From Alteromonas sp. (GTDB taxonomy: Bacteria > Pseudomonadota > Gammaproteobacteria > Enterobacterales > Alteromonadaceae), in the NCBI GenBank assembly GCA_052032275.1, contig JBPEWW010000042.1, positions 1 through 38,362 on the forward strand: a stretch of 38,362 nt of DNA, given 5' to 3'. This document shows, one piece after another, positions 29,984 to 38,362 of the stretch; the first letter of the stretch is position 1; every line of letters begins with the position of its first letter. The position numbers were made by a program, and so were the translations under genes. The notes below the pieces were generated by a model. The model saw nothing but the letters and a program-made list of their open reading frames with translations. It was not told the DNA's origin and searched no databases.

Positions 29984-30106
29984 CTACACAATAGCTCTCG
30001 CAAGCGTATGTGTAGACTGCCCGGTTTCTGAAAAGTTCGATATGAGGGCAGTTTTTCTAAAAAAAACGTAATAGCCTACGGTTCGCGATTGTGTTTTACC
30101 ACTCAT
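29984..30106 (-). CDS. Candidate rpoE leader peptide (40 aa), unverified
   Basis: Hand translation MSGKTQSRTVGYYVFFRKTALISNFSETGQSTHTLARAIV*; stops just before the rpoE SD. Positional analogy to E. coli rseD only. Confidence 0.25.
   Translation of the reverse strand: MSGKTQSRTVGYYVFFRKTALISNFSETGQSTHTLARAIV
30012..30038 (-). promoter_or_regulatory. sigmaE-dependent autoregulatory promoter of rpoE
   Basis: GAACTT-N16-TCTAC(A), about 55 nt upstream of the rpoE start. Confidence 0.8.
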
Positions 30107-30154
30107 CCTTTAGACTTGCTGCATCTTTGCTCCGACTTACTACGCTAAAAATAC

Positions 30155-31816
30155 ATGAAATCAGAGTTGCCTTCACCCTCTGGTGCACCGAGCGCCATTG
30201 AACATCGTTGTGACGTGCTCATTATCGGTAGCGGTGCTGCCGGTTTGAGCCTGGCACTCAAGCTGGCACAGCATTGTCAGGTTATTGTACTGAGTAAGAG
30301 CGATCGCAACGAAGGCTCGACCCGCTACGCGCAAGGCGGCATCGCGGCTGTATTTGATGAACAGGACTCCATTGACGCCCACGTTCAGGATACACTGCTG
30401 GCCGGCGCCGGCCTGTGTGACGAAGCCGCAGTGCGGTTTACAGCCGAGCGCGCCAAAGCCTCATTGGAATGGCTGATTGGGTTTGGCGTTCCTTTTGACA
30501 CAGAGACTAATGATCAGGGCGAGCAACGCTATCATCTTACCCGGGAAGGGGGTCACAGCCACCGGCGTATCCTCCATGCAGCTGATGCTACGGGTGAAGC
30601 GCTGCAAATTACCTTAATTGATGCCGTCTCGGCGCACCCTAATATCCACTTTTTTGAACGCTACAACGCCATTGACCTGATCCCGTCCAAAACCCGCCAG
30701 GGCAGTTGTACCGGTGCGTATGTCTGGAACCGTCAGCGTGAGCATGTGGAAGTGATCAGAGCCAACTTTATCACCCTGGCCAGTGGCGGTGGCAGCAAGG
30801 TTTACCAGTACACCTCAAACCCCGACGTGTCGAGTGGTGATGGTGTCGCCATGGCCTGGCGTGCCGGCTGTCGGGTGGCGAATATGGAATTCAATCAGTT
30901 TCACCCCACCTGCCTGTATCACCCCCAGGCCCGCAATTTTCTGATCAGCGAAGCGCTGCGCGGAGAAGGCGCCCGGCTGGTTCACGAAGACGGTACGCCG
31001 TTTATGACACGCTTTGATGAGCGCGGCGATCTGGCCCCCCGTGATGTGGTCGCCCGCGCGATTGACTATGAAATGAAACGGCTTGGTGCTGACTGCATGT
31101 ACCTTGATATCAGCCATAAACCGGCAGATTTCATCGTTAAGCACTTCCCGAATATTTACCGGAAATGCCGCTCACTGGGGATTGATATCACCCGCCAGCC
31201 CATCCCTGTGGTGCCGGCCGCACATTACAGTTGCGGGGGCGTGATGACTGATTTTGATGCCCGTACCGATCTGGACAATGTGTATGCGGTAGGCGAAGTC
31301 GCCTATACCGGTCTGCACGGCGCCAATCGCATGGCCTCAAATTCGTTGCTGGAATGCGTGGTATTTGCCAGTTCAGCTGCAGAGCACATCCTGTCCCGGC
31401 TTGACGATCCGCCCTGTGATGAAGAGATTGCCCCCTGGGATGAGTCGCAGGTCAGTAATTCTGATGAAGAGGTTATCATTCAGCACAACTGGCATGAGTT
31501 GCGGTTATTTATGTGGGATTACGTTGGCATTGTGCGGACCGACAAGCGGCTAGAACGCGCACTGCGTCGCATTCAGCTGCTTGAGCAGGAGATTGCCGAA
31601 TATTACGCCCACTTCCGGGTAAGCAATAATTTGCTTGAGCTTCGCAACCTGGTGACGGTGGCGGAGCTGATTGTCCGCTGCGCGATGCAGCGCAAAGAGA
31701 GCCGGGGTTTGCATTTTAACCTGGACCACCCTGAAACCGGCGATAACCCTCAACCCACTGTGCTTACGCCGTCAAAAACCCGGCAGCTTGCTGAACCCGG
31801 GACGCTGGCTACCTGA
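30155..31816 (+). CDS. nadB: L-aspartate oxidase
   Basis: [50 protein letters not shown]; divergent from rpoE. Confidence 0.98.
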   Translation: MKSELPSPSGAPSAIEHRCDVLIIGSGAAGLSLALKLAQHCQVIVLSKSDRNEGSTRYAQGGIAAVFDEQDSIDAHVQDTLLAGAGLCDEAAVRFTAERAKASLEWLIGFGVPFDTETNDQGEQRYHLTREGGHSHRRILHAADATGEALQITLIDAVSAHPNIHFFERYNAIDLIPSKTRQGSCTGAYVWNRQREHVEVIRANFITLASGGGSKVYQYTSNPDVSSGDGVAMAWRAGCRVANMEFNQFHPTCLYHPQARNFLISEALRGEGARLVHEDGTPFMTRFDERGDLAPRDVVARAIDYEMKRLGADCMYLDISHKPADFIVKHFPNIYRKCRSLGIDITRQPIPVVPAAHYSCGGVMTDFDARTDLDNVYAVGEVAYTGLHGANRMASNSLLECVVFASSAAEHILSRLDDPPCDEEIAPWDESQVSNSDEEVIIQHNWHELRLFMWDYVGIVRTDKRLERALRRIQLLEQEIAEYYAHFRVSNNLLELRNLVTVAELIVRCAMQRKESRGLHFNLDHPETGDNPQPTVLTPSKTRQLAEPGTLAT

Positions 31817-32668
31817 TCATGTCTGGGGCAGTACGGTAACGCTGCCCTGCAGATGTCTGTGCATGCCGTCGTCAGACCAGAGTGCAAAGTGCCCCTCTGC
31901 GTCATCGCGGCTACACACCGAGACTGCGGCCGGTAACAACACCGGCTTTTCAAATTCCACCTGTAATTGCAGATGGCTGCTCAGCATTTCCTCGGGCAAT
32001 GCTGAATAGCTGCGTGCCAGCGTCCACATGCCATGCGCAATAGGCTGGCTGAAGCCAAACAGTTTGGCAGTCAGCCCATGCAGATGGATGGGGTTGTAAT
32101 CACCTGACACCCGCGCGTACTGCCGGCCCATACTGGCCGGGATATTCAGCCGCGCCAGCGCCACCTCATCCGGCATTTGCTGCGCGGGGGCATTCGCAGT
32201 ACGCCTGCCCGGTTCGACATGAGAAGCTTTCACCCGGGTGAGGTAGGTACTGGTAGCTTCATACACCGGGCTGCCGCTTTGCAGGCCGGTCACCTGCACA
32301 TCACACTCCCAGCCCCGGGGATGCTGACGTATTGCTGAAAAACGGACCCGCAGTTCAAGCGGGACCGCGCGATTCACCGCCCGTTGGTCCACACGATTCC
32401 GGGTATGGACCAGCCCCAGCAACGGAAACGGACTGCGTTTATCCAGTAAACATTGCATCTGTAACGGCAGCGACAGGGTTTGCAGATAACAGGGATGCAG
32501 TGGTGAGGAGGCCGGCCAGTCCACCAGCCGACAGTAGTGCATATAGTGCGCGTCATCTATCGTGACTGCGCGGGAATAGGTGCGCGCCGGCAATGGCGGG
32601 GGTTTAAATTGCTGCAGAGGTCGCTTGTCGGTGCGTTTGAGAAGTGCGCGTGCGTACAACGAAATCAT
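31817..32668 (-). CDS. MaoC-like double hot-dog (R)-specific enoyl-CoA hydratase/acyl dehydratase
   Basis: YARVSGDYNPIHL...FGF..PIAHGMW hydratase-2 motif; PFPLLGLVH..N in the N-terminal half. Start ATG 32668 with GGAG SD, ATGA overlap with ygfX. Confidence 0.85.
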   Translation of the reverse strand: MISLYARALLKRTDKRPLQQFKPPPLPARTYSRAVTIDDAHYMHYCRLVDWPASSPLHPCYLQTLSLPLQMQCLLDKRSPFPLLGLVHTRNRVDQRAVNRAVPLELRVRFSAIRQHPRGWECDVQVTGLQSGSPVYEATSTYLTRVKASHVEPGRRTANAPAQQMPDEVALARLNIPASMGRQYARVSGDYNPIHLHGLTAKLFGFSQPIAHGMWTLARSYSALPEEMLSSHLQLQVEFEKPVLLPAAVSVCSRDDAEGHFALWSDDGMHRHLQGSVTVLPQT

Positions 32669-33117
32669 AGAGTCTCCCTGGCGACGTGCGCCTGATTGAG
32701 GATCAGCCGGGTTAGCCGGCGAAAATCCCTGGGATGGCATTGTGACCGTAACAACCAGCGCCGCTGTATCGGACGTTGTGGGGCCACCAGCACAAGATAA
32801 ATCGCCAGTGCGGTAACCCGGGAATGATGACTGATCACGTAATTTACCTGGTCAACGGGACGGCCGTTAACCCGCGTGGGAGTCATCAGCCCTGTGTCAT
32901 CGACACTGAAGTGTTCACTGGTAATGTACCGGCGCCAGGGTAACTGCCAAGCGGTGAGCGCTAACACGCCGATAATCAGGGCGGCGTTCCACGCTGAAAG
33001 CCAGGTCCAGACTGCAGCAGGCATGGCTGCTACAGCAACCAGTAACGCGGTCACGGGTATGAGGAAGTCAATCCGGTACGGAGTAAGTGCCGTGACGGTA
33101 AGGTTAAACTTTGACAC
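32665..33117 (-). CDS. ygfX: YgfX (CptA)-like small membrane protein
   Basis: Two N-terminal TM segments, C-terminal 'DFRRLTRLI'; GTG start overlaps the sdhE 3' end. Called mainly on synteny. Confidence 0.65.
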   Translation of the reverse strand: MSKFNLTVTALTPYRIDFLIPVTALLVAVAAMPAAVWTWLSAWNAALIIGVLALTAWQLPWRRYITSEHFSVDDTGLMTPTRVNGRPVDQVNYVISHHSRVTALAIYLVLVAPQRPIQRRWLLRSQCHPRDFRRLTRLILNQAHVARETL

Positions 33118-33355
33118 GCCGGATGATGATGTCCACCATTTCAGCCAGCTCAGGGTCGTCGGTTTTCTGGTGGCCCATAAACCAGGCGTAAAGATCCGGG
33201 TCATCACAAGTCAGCAGTCGCTCGAAGGTCTCCTGTTGCGCATAGGTGAGATCATCAAACGCCTCATTCACAAAGGGCAGCAACAGGACGTCAAGTTCCA
33301 GCATGCCCCGACGACAGGCCCATCTCAGTCTGGCTAAACGTTTTGGTGTAAACAT
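33104..33355 (-). CDS. sdhE: FAD assembly factor SdhE (YgfY)
   Basis: RLRWACRRGMLELD (RGxxE) and LL...DPDL..W. Confidence 0.96.
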   Translation of the reverse strand: MFTPKRLARLRWACRRGMLELDVLLLPFVNEAFDDLTYAQQETFERLLTCDDPDLYAWFMGHQKTDDPELAEMVDIIIRRVKV

Positions 33356-33446
33356 AGATCACTACTTCTTTTTAATTCGTGCGAAATAATAGCATGTGGG
33401 TGTGTGGGAAATCACTGTCCTTTTCGCAGGATTTTTACCCCGACCA

Positions 33447-33474
33447 CTTGTTTCCTGTGAATATCCCCCCATGT
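33447..33474 (+). promoter_or_regulatory. Putative sigma32 (RpoH) promoter of ygfZ
   Basis: CTTGTT-N14-CCCCATGT versus consensus CTTGAA-N13/14-CCCCATNT. Confidence 0.55.
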
Positions 33475-33543
33475 CCTCACACAGTCACGCTGGAATACGT
33501 AACATCACCAGCTATGGTTTGAAAACATTGTCAGGAGATTACT

Positions 33544-34539
33544 ATGGAGCGCCTTGCCCGTCTGGACCAGCTTGCCGATAACGCGGTTATTTCTGTAGCC
33601 CATTATGGCGTGGCAGCCATTTCCGGGGAGCAGCGCGACGATTACCTCCATGGCCAGCTGACCATCAACACCAAAGCGTTTGCGAACGACAGTGTCCGTC
33701 ATGCTGCGCACTGTGACTTCAAAGGTAAGGCATGGGCCCTGATGTATGCACTGCGCCATCAGGATACCCAGTTGCTTACCATGCATGCCGATGCATTATC
33801 GCAATCGCTGGCCCAGTTGCAGAAATACGGCGTGTTTTCCAAAGTCGATATCAGCGATGCCACGGATAAGTATGCGCAGTGGCTGTTATGCGGCCCGGAA
33901 GCAGAAGCCGCCCTGCATGCGCATTTTGGTGGTCTGCCGGAGGCTGAATTAACCGCCCTGCAGACTGACAGCAGCGTGGTTTTTTTAGTGCCGGGCACCA
34001 CGCCCATGTACTGGCTGGTAAGTCAGGCGGCCGACGCCATTCTGGCCCCGCTGCGCAGCAATGAGACCGTGGCCTGGTATGGTCCGGAAGTGTTTGAAGC
34101 CATTCAGATTGCCAATGGCATCCCGGCGGTATCGGGCAATGGCGTGAACGCATTCGTCCCGCAGATGATGAACCTGCAGGCGCTCAATGGCATCGATTTT
34201 GACAAAGGCTGCTACATGGGACAGGAAGTGGTGGCCCGGACGCGCTTTTTAGGCAAAAACAAACGTGCTGCCTACAGCTTCCGGCTCCCTGTGGCGACAA
34301 CAGCGGCTGTAGATGATACCCTAGAAAAACAAGTGGGTGACAACTGGCGTCGTGGCGGCACGGTAATTCGCGCGGCCCGGCTGGGTGAAGAAACCTGGCT
34401 GATGGCGGTGCTATCCAATGACACCCAACCGCAGGATAACCACAGGCTGGCTGAAGCACCAGAACATGTGGTGACTGCCGAACCTCTGCCTTACTCGATT
34501 GTCGAAGACAAAGGCAGCACTATTCGAGGGCGTAAATAG
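33544..34539 (+). CDS. ygfZ: Folate-binding Fe-S/tRNA-modification protein YgfZ
   Basis: FDKGCYMGQEVVAR signature, YLHGQLT; divergent from sdhE. Confidence 0.96.
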   Translation: MERLARLDQLADNAVISVAHYGVAAISGEQRDDYLHGQLTINTKAFANDSVRHAAHCDFKGKAWALMYALRHQDTQLLTMHADALSQSLAQLQKYGVFSKVDISDATDKYAQWLLCGPEAEAALHAHFGGLPEAELTALQTDSSVVFLVPGTTPMYWLVSQAADAILAPLRSNETVAWYGPEVFEAIQIANGIPAVSGNGVNAFVPQMMNLQALNGIDFDKGCYMGQEVVARTRFLGKNKRAAYSFRLPVATTAAVDDTLEKQVGDNWRRGGTVIRAARLGEETWLMAVLSNDTQPQDNHRLAEAPEHVVTAEPLPYSIVEDKGSTIRGRK

Positions 34540-34587
34540 CCTAAAACTCATGAGTGCACATGCACTCCCAATTGAACAGGATTGATT

Positions 34588-35079
34588 ATGACAATAACCT
34601 CCGACAGCGTCGTTACACTACACTACAAGGTTTCCGCCGAGGATGGCAGCGAGCTTGACTCCTCATTCGGCAAAGAACCTTTAACGGTGCTGCACGGTCG
34701 TCGCTTTTTAATTGAAGGCCTGGAAGAAGCATTAGAAGGCAAAGAAAAAGGCGAGGAATTTACCGTTTCCGTGGAGCCAGAGAAGGCATACGGGCATCGT
34801 GTTGATGCGCTGGTTCAGCGTGTTCCAAAATCGATGTTTGAAGGCATGGAAGTGGAAGTAGGCATGTCATTTCGCGCATCTACCCCCCAGGGTGACCAGT
34901 CAGTGATTGTGGTGGAAACCACCGAAGATGACGTGGTCGTAGACGGCAACCACCCGCTTTCAGGCGTGCCGTTAACGTTTGAAGTTGAAGTGGTAGATAT
35001 TCGTGAAGCCACGGCAGAAGAGCTGGAGCACGGTCACGTGCATGGCCCGGACGGCTGCAAGAGCGAACAGCCTGCCTAA
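34588..35079 (+). CDS. slyD: FKBP-type peptidyl-prolyl isomerase SlyD
   Basis: VTLHY, PEKAYG, VDGNHPLSG..LTFEVEV..IREAT.EELEHGHVHG. Start taken as ATG at 34588. Confidence 0.93.
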   Translation: MTITSDSVVTLHYKVSAEDGSELDSSFGKEPLTVLHGRRFLIEGLEEALEGKEKGEEFTVSVEPEKAYGHRVDALVQRVPKSMFEGMEVEVGMSFRASTPQGDQSVIVVETTEDDVVVDGNHPLSGVPLTFEVEVVDIREATAEELEHGHVHGPDGCKSEQPA

Positions 35080-35096
35080 CAACCGGTACTATTAAG

Positions 35097-35125
35097 AAAA
35101 AAGGTGGCATCAGCCACCTTTTTTT
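35097..35125. terminator. Bidirectional intrinsic terminator between slyD and glnB
   Basis: AAAAAAGGTGGC-ATCA-GCCACCTTTTTTT. Confidence 0.92.
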
Positions 35126-35139
35126 ATCTGCAAGATACT

Positions 35140-35484
<345 letters not shown>

Positions 35485-36321
35485 CTACTCGTCATCATAA
35501 ATAGTTGGAATCGGCACCCGTTTATGTTGTGTACGGGTATAAATGGCTAATAACTTTTCTTCTACGGCAGCATCCACCGGCTTGCCTTCCAGAAAGTCAT
35601 CAATTTGATCGTAGGTCATGCCAAGAGCCTGCTCGTCGGCCTTTTGCGGACTGAGCGATTCGAGATCTGCGGTGGGCGCTTTATCAATGATCGCTGCCGG
35701 CGCCCCAAGGTGTGCCGCCACCTGTCGCACCTGCCGTTTATTTAAGCCAAACAAGGGAGCCAGGTCACAGGCGCCATCACCATACTTGGTGTAAAACCCG
35801 GTGATATTTTCTGCACTGTGATCAGTGCCCAGCACTAACCCGTCCACCATACCCGCAATTTCATACTGAATGATCATCCGGGTACGGGCTTTAACATTGC
35901 CCTTCACAAAATCCTGTTTGTTCATATCCTCAGGCAGCAGCGCAACGTCACTGAGTGCCTGGGTGGTCGCCTCATGAATGGCATCCGCACCCGGCCGTAC
36001 ATTGACCGACAGCGACTTGGTCGGCCTGATAAACTCAACGGACAGTTGCGCATCATCTTCGTCAGCCTGCACATCATACGGCAGGCGCACCGCCACAAAC
36101 TGATACGTATCAGGGTTCGTACGGTTCAGCTCATCCACCGCCAGCTGCGCCAGTTTGCCCAGCGTACAGGAGTCAATGCCGCCGCTTATCCCCAGCACCA
36201 GTGAGGTTAATCCTGAACGGGTCAGCTGGTTTTTAATGAACGCTACCCGGCGCGCCACCTCGGCCGCTGCATCAATGTGCGGCTGAACCCGCATCTCATT
36301 TATAACTGATTGTTTGTGCAT
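35485..36321 (-). CDS. nadE: NH3-dependent NAD+ synthetase (single domain)
   Basis: [40 protein letters not shown]; 278 aa, no glutaminase domain. Confidence 0.97.
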   Translation of the reverse strand: MHKQSVINEMRVQPHIDAAAEVARRVAFIKNQLTRSGLTSLVLGISGGIDSCTLGKLAQLAVDELNRTNPDTYQFVAVRLPYDVQADEDDAQLSVEFIRPTKSLSVNVRPGADAIHEATTQALSDVALLPEDMNKQDFVKGNVKARTRMIIQYEIAGMVDGLVLGTDHSAENITGFYTKYGDGACDLAPLFGLNKRQVRQVAAHLGAPAAIIDKAPTADLESLSPQKADEQALGMTYDQIDDFLEGKPVDAAVEEKLLAIYTRTQHKRVPIPTIYDDE

Positions 36322-36556
36322 TGTATTTCACTTGTATCACATGGCTACCGGTACCCTGAGTGTACGCTAAACCGCCCATTGCTGTCAGCAGACAATCGAC
36401 AGGAAATGCACGACTCACGCACATCGCGTAAACTTAGGTTTGTGGGCATGGCTGGTGAGTTATAAAGATCATTACTCACTCATGATTGCCGATACCCTAT
36501 GGCCTGAGATTTAGTTTACTCTTAAGGATGAAAAAAGTATCTGGAGAACCCCGTTC

Positions 36557-37099
36557 ATGCCCAAAAGCGCCGGGATGACATTAATTGAACTGCTGATATC
36601 ACTGGCTATCGTCGCCGTTTTGATTGTGGTGGTGGCGCCGTCTATTCAATCCGTGCTGCAAGCCAACCGGGTTACAGCTGACATTAATAACCTCAGCGCC
36701 CTCGCCCGCCAGGCACGGTTTGCGGCGATCAACGAACGTACCACGGTCACCTTATGCCCGAGCCAGAACTACGCAAGCTGCACCAGCACCTGGACTGACG
36801 CCAAGATTATCTTTATCGATGATAACAATAATGGCACCCGGGATACCGATGAACCCTTGATCGCCAGCGCGGACGCGCTTAGCAAAAGCAATGTGGTATC
36901 GGGGATCAGCGGCGCATTGCAGTTCTCCGAGAACGGTGCCATTGCCAAAAACGCCAGTATTGTGGTCTGTCCGTATGGCGGGGAGGCCTCCCAGGCTTCA
37001 GCGGTGCTGCTATCCCTTTATGGACGCATCGCTACGGCTAAAGACAGCAATGATGATGGCATTAAAGAAAACGCAGCCGGCACTAACCTGACCTGTTAA
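36557..37099 (+). CDS. GspH/FimT-family minor pilin
   Basis: G|MTLIELLI prepilin site, AR..AI.....VTLCP....C...W, C-terminal GRI; GGAG SD. Confidence 0.9.
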   Translation: MPKSAGMTLIELLISLAIVAVLIVVVAPSIQSVLQANRVTADINNLSALARQARFAAINERTTVTLCPSQNYASCTSTWTDAKIIFIDDNNNGTRDTDEPLIASADALSKSNVVSGISGALQFSENGAIAKNASIVVCPYGGEASQASAVLLSLYGRIATAKDSNDDGIKENAAGTNLTC

Positions 37100-37105
37100 A
37101 CACCG

Positions 37106-37471
37106 CTACGGCCAGCAATGGGCAGGTGACCGGGTAGTGGCGGTCACCACCAGCTTCTCACAGCCGTTATCCAGCGGCGTCTGGGATTGCGCCACCAGCG
37201 TATAGCCCGAGCTGTCGGCCTGCCTGACCCTAACCACAAACCGCGGATCTTCTGTCAGTACTACATGCGCACTATAGCGGCCCTGAAGCAACCAGAAATT
37301 GGCCTGTTCGGCCCGTGCATGTATCAGTGCCGTTTGCATAGCGAGTAACTGCTGACGCTTCATTTGCGCGCCCGCTGCGCTCACTGTAATGGTAGCCAGC
37401 ACGCCGACAAGCGCTATCACCACCAATAACTCGACCAGCGTTATACCGCGGTCACGTTTTGCATGCTGCAT
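37106..37471 (-). CDS. PilE-like type IV minor pilin
   Basis: G|ITLVELLVVIALVGVLA, YTLVA, C-terminal C...CW. Confidence 0.8.
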   Translation of the reverse strand: MQHAKRDRGITLVELLVVIALVGVLATITVSAAGAQMKRQQLLAMQTALIHARAEQANFWLLQGRYSAHVVLTEDPRFVVRVRQADSSGYTLVAQSQTPLDNGCEKLVVTATTRSPAHCWP

Positions 37472-37566
37472 CCCCTTCTCCTCCTTCCCAGAAACCCGGC
37501 TTCAGATCAGCGGTCTTGCCAGGCGCTTGCGATTACACTGGCTCAATCTATCAGTCAGGAGACATT

Positions 37567-38103
37567 ATGGGACGTGCCTGTAAGTCCAGTTTTTGGCCGC
37601 ACCGCGGGGTGACATTGCCCGAGTGCCTTATTGTGGTGACTATCATTGCGCTGCTCAGCACGCTTGCCGCGCCCTCGCTGGCCACATGGCACCACCAGCA
37701 GCAGGTGGTCAGTCGCATGCACGCGGTAGCTCAGCTGTTACGGTCCGGGGCTCAGCATGCGGCAACCCGCAGCCAAAACGTGTACCTGATTGCCCGTGGG
37801 GGCAGGCAATGGTGTTTGCGGCTATCCTATTCCGCACGCTGTAGCTGTCTGGCTGCTCCCACCTGCCCGTTTGATGGCGCACCCGCGCTAATCCAGGCAG
37901 ACACTGCGGCCGATGTCAGGCTTGTTCCGGCTTCGTCGCGCTCGCCGCTGGTGGTGTTTGCCCCCCACGCGGGGCTTACGCCCGGTTTTGCGACCAGCAT
38001 AACCATTCAACATGGTCATTATGAAGGCAAGGTGATTTACAGTGCCCTAGGCCGGGTGCGCATGTGCCTGAAAGAGCCCTTGCGGGGGATACCCGCATGT
38101 TAA
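37567..38103 (+). CDS. FimT/PpdA-like minor pilin
   Basis: G|VTLPECLIVVTIIALL...A.PS, WC....CSC, GRVRMC; AGGAG SD before ATG 37567. Confidence 0.8.
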   Translation: MGRACKSSFWPHRGVTLPECLIVVTIIALLSTLAAPSLATWHHQQQVVSRMHAVAQLLRSGAQHAATRSQNVYLIARGGRQWCLRLSYSARCSCLAAPTCPFDGAPALIQADTAADVRLVPASSRSPLVVFAPHAGLTPGFATSITIQHGHYEGKVIYSALGRVRMCLKEPLRGIPAC

Positions 38104-38362
38104 CCGTACTCCGGGGCACCACGCTGGTGGAATTGCTGGTAGCTCTGGCCATCACCAGCGCCTTTTTTGCCAGTGCAGCCACCCTTACGCTGCAACAACT
38201 GGCACGGCTGGCTACGCTTCATCATCAGCTGATGCTGGAAGAAGACATAAGACTGGTGGTCCGCGCCGTTCGTACCGAGCTGCAACGCGCGGGCTATGTT
38301 GCATTACCGCTGGAGCAGCGCCTTTCCCCACCGTCTTCAGCAGCGGTTTTTGCACAATTAAC
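38097..38362 (+). CDS. PilW/PpdB-like minor pilin, 5' part (runs off window)
   Basis: Hand translation MLTVLRG|TTLVELLVALAI...IRLVVRAVRTELQRAGY; overlaps the previous stop. Absent from the ORF track because it is truncated. Confidence 0.82.
   Translation, partial: MLTVLRGTTLVELLVALAITSAFFASAATLTLQQLARLATLHHQLMLEEDIRLVVRAVRTELQRAGYVALPLEQRLSPPSSAAVFAQL

Noticed and set aside
32665-33355. sdhE-ygfX as the CptAB toxin-antitoxin system
   Set aside because: SdhE is an established flavinylation factor and the TA interpretation is disputed; nothing here adds support.
36463-36495. TAAAG...GCCGATAC as a sigma28 promoter for the FimT-like gene
   Set aside because: Spacing is 20 nt rather than 14; no acceptable -35 at the correct distance.

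Overview
Core-chromosome region of a marine gammaproteobacterium. Gene content and order resemble Alteromonadales (Alteromonas/Salinimonas-like); this is inferred, not searched. In order: pomB (partial)-pomA divergent from xseB-ispA-dxs; the minus-strand glyA-nrdR-ribD-ribE-ribBX-ribH-nusB-thiL-pgpA run; a stand-alone lpxD; ettA; two PilZ genes flanking radA; serB/smp; the minus-strand rpoE-rseABC, lepA-lepB-rnc-era-pdxH-tatD run; nadB; sdhE-ygfX-MaoC hydratase divergent from ygfZ-slyD; nadE-glnB; and the start of a type IV minor-pilin cluster. I see no rRNA, tRNA, CRISPR array, IS, prophage or defence island, and cannot support a large new system. The best leads are small and contextual: a possible two-step uORF leader ahead of rpoE; an NH3-type NadE in an apparent operon with PII; a hot-dog hydratase coupled to sdhE-ygfX; an orphan LpxD with Tyr at the putative chain-length ruler; a sigma28-like promoter on the tandem-PilZ gene; a hairpin hiding the nrdR ribosome-binding site; and pdxH-tatD where recO-pdxJ usually sit. 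All gene calls rest on motif recognition and synteny, not database searches.
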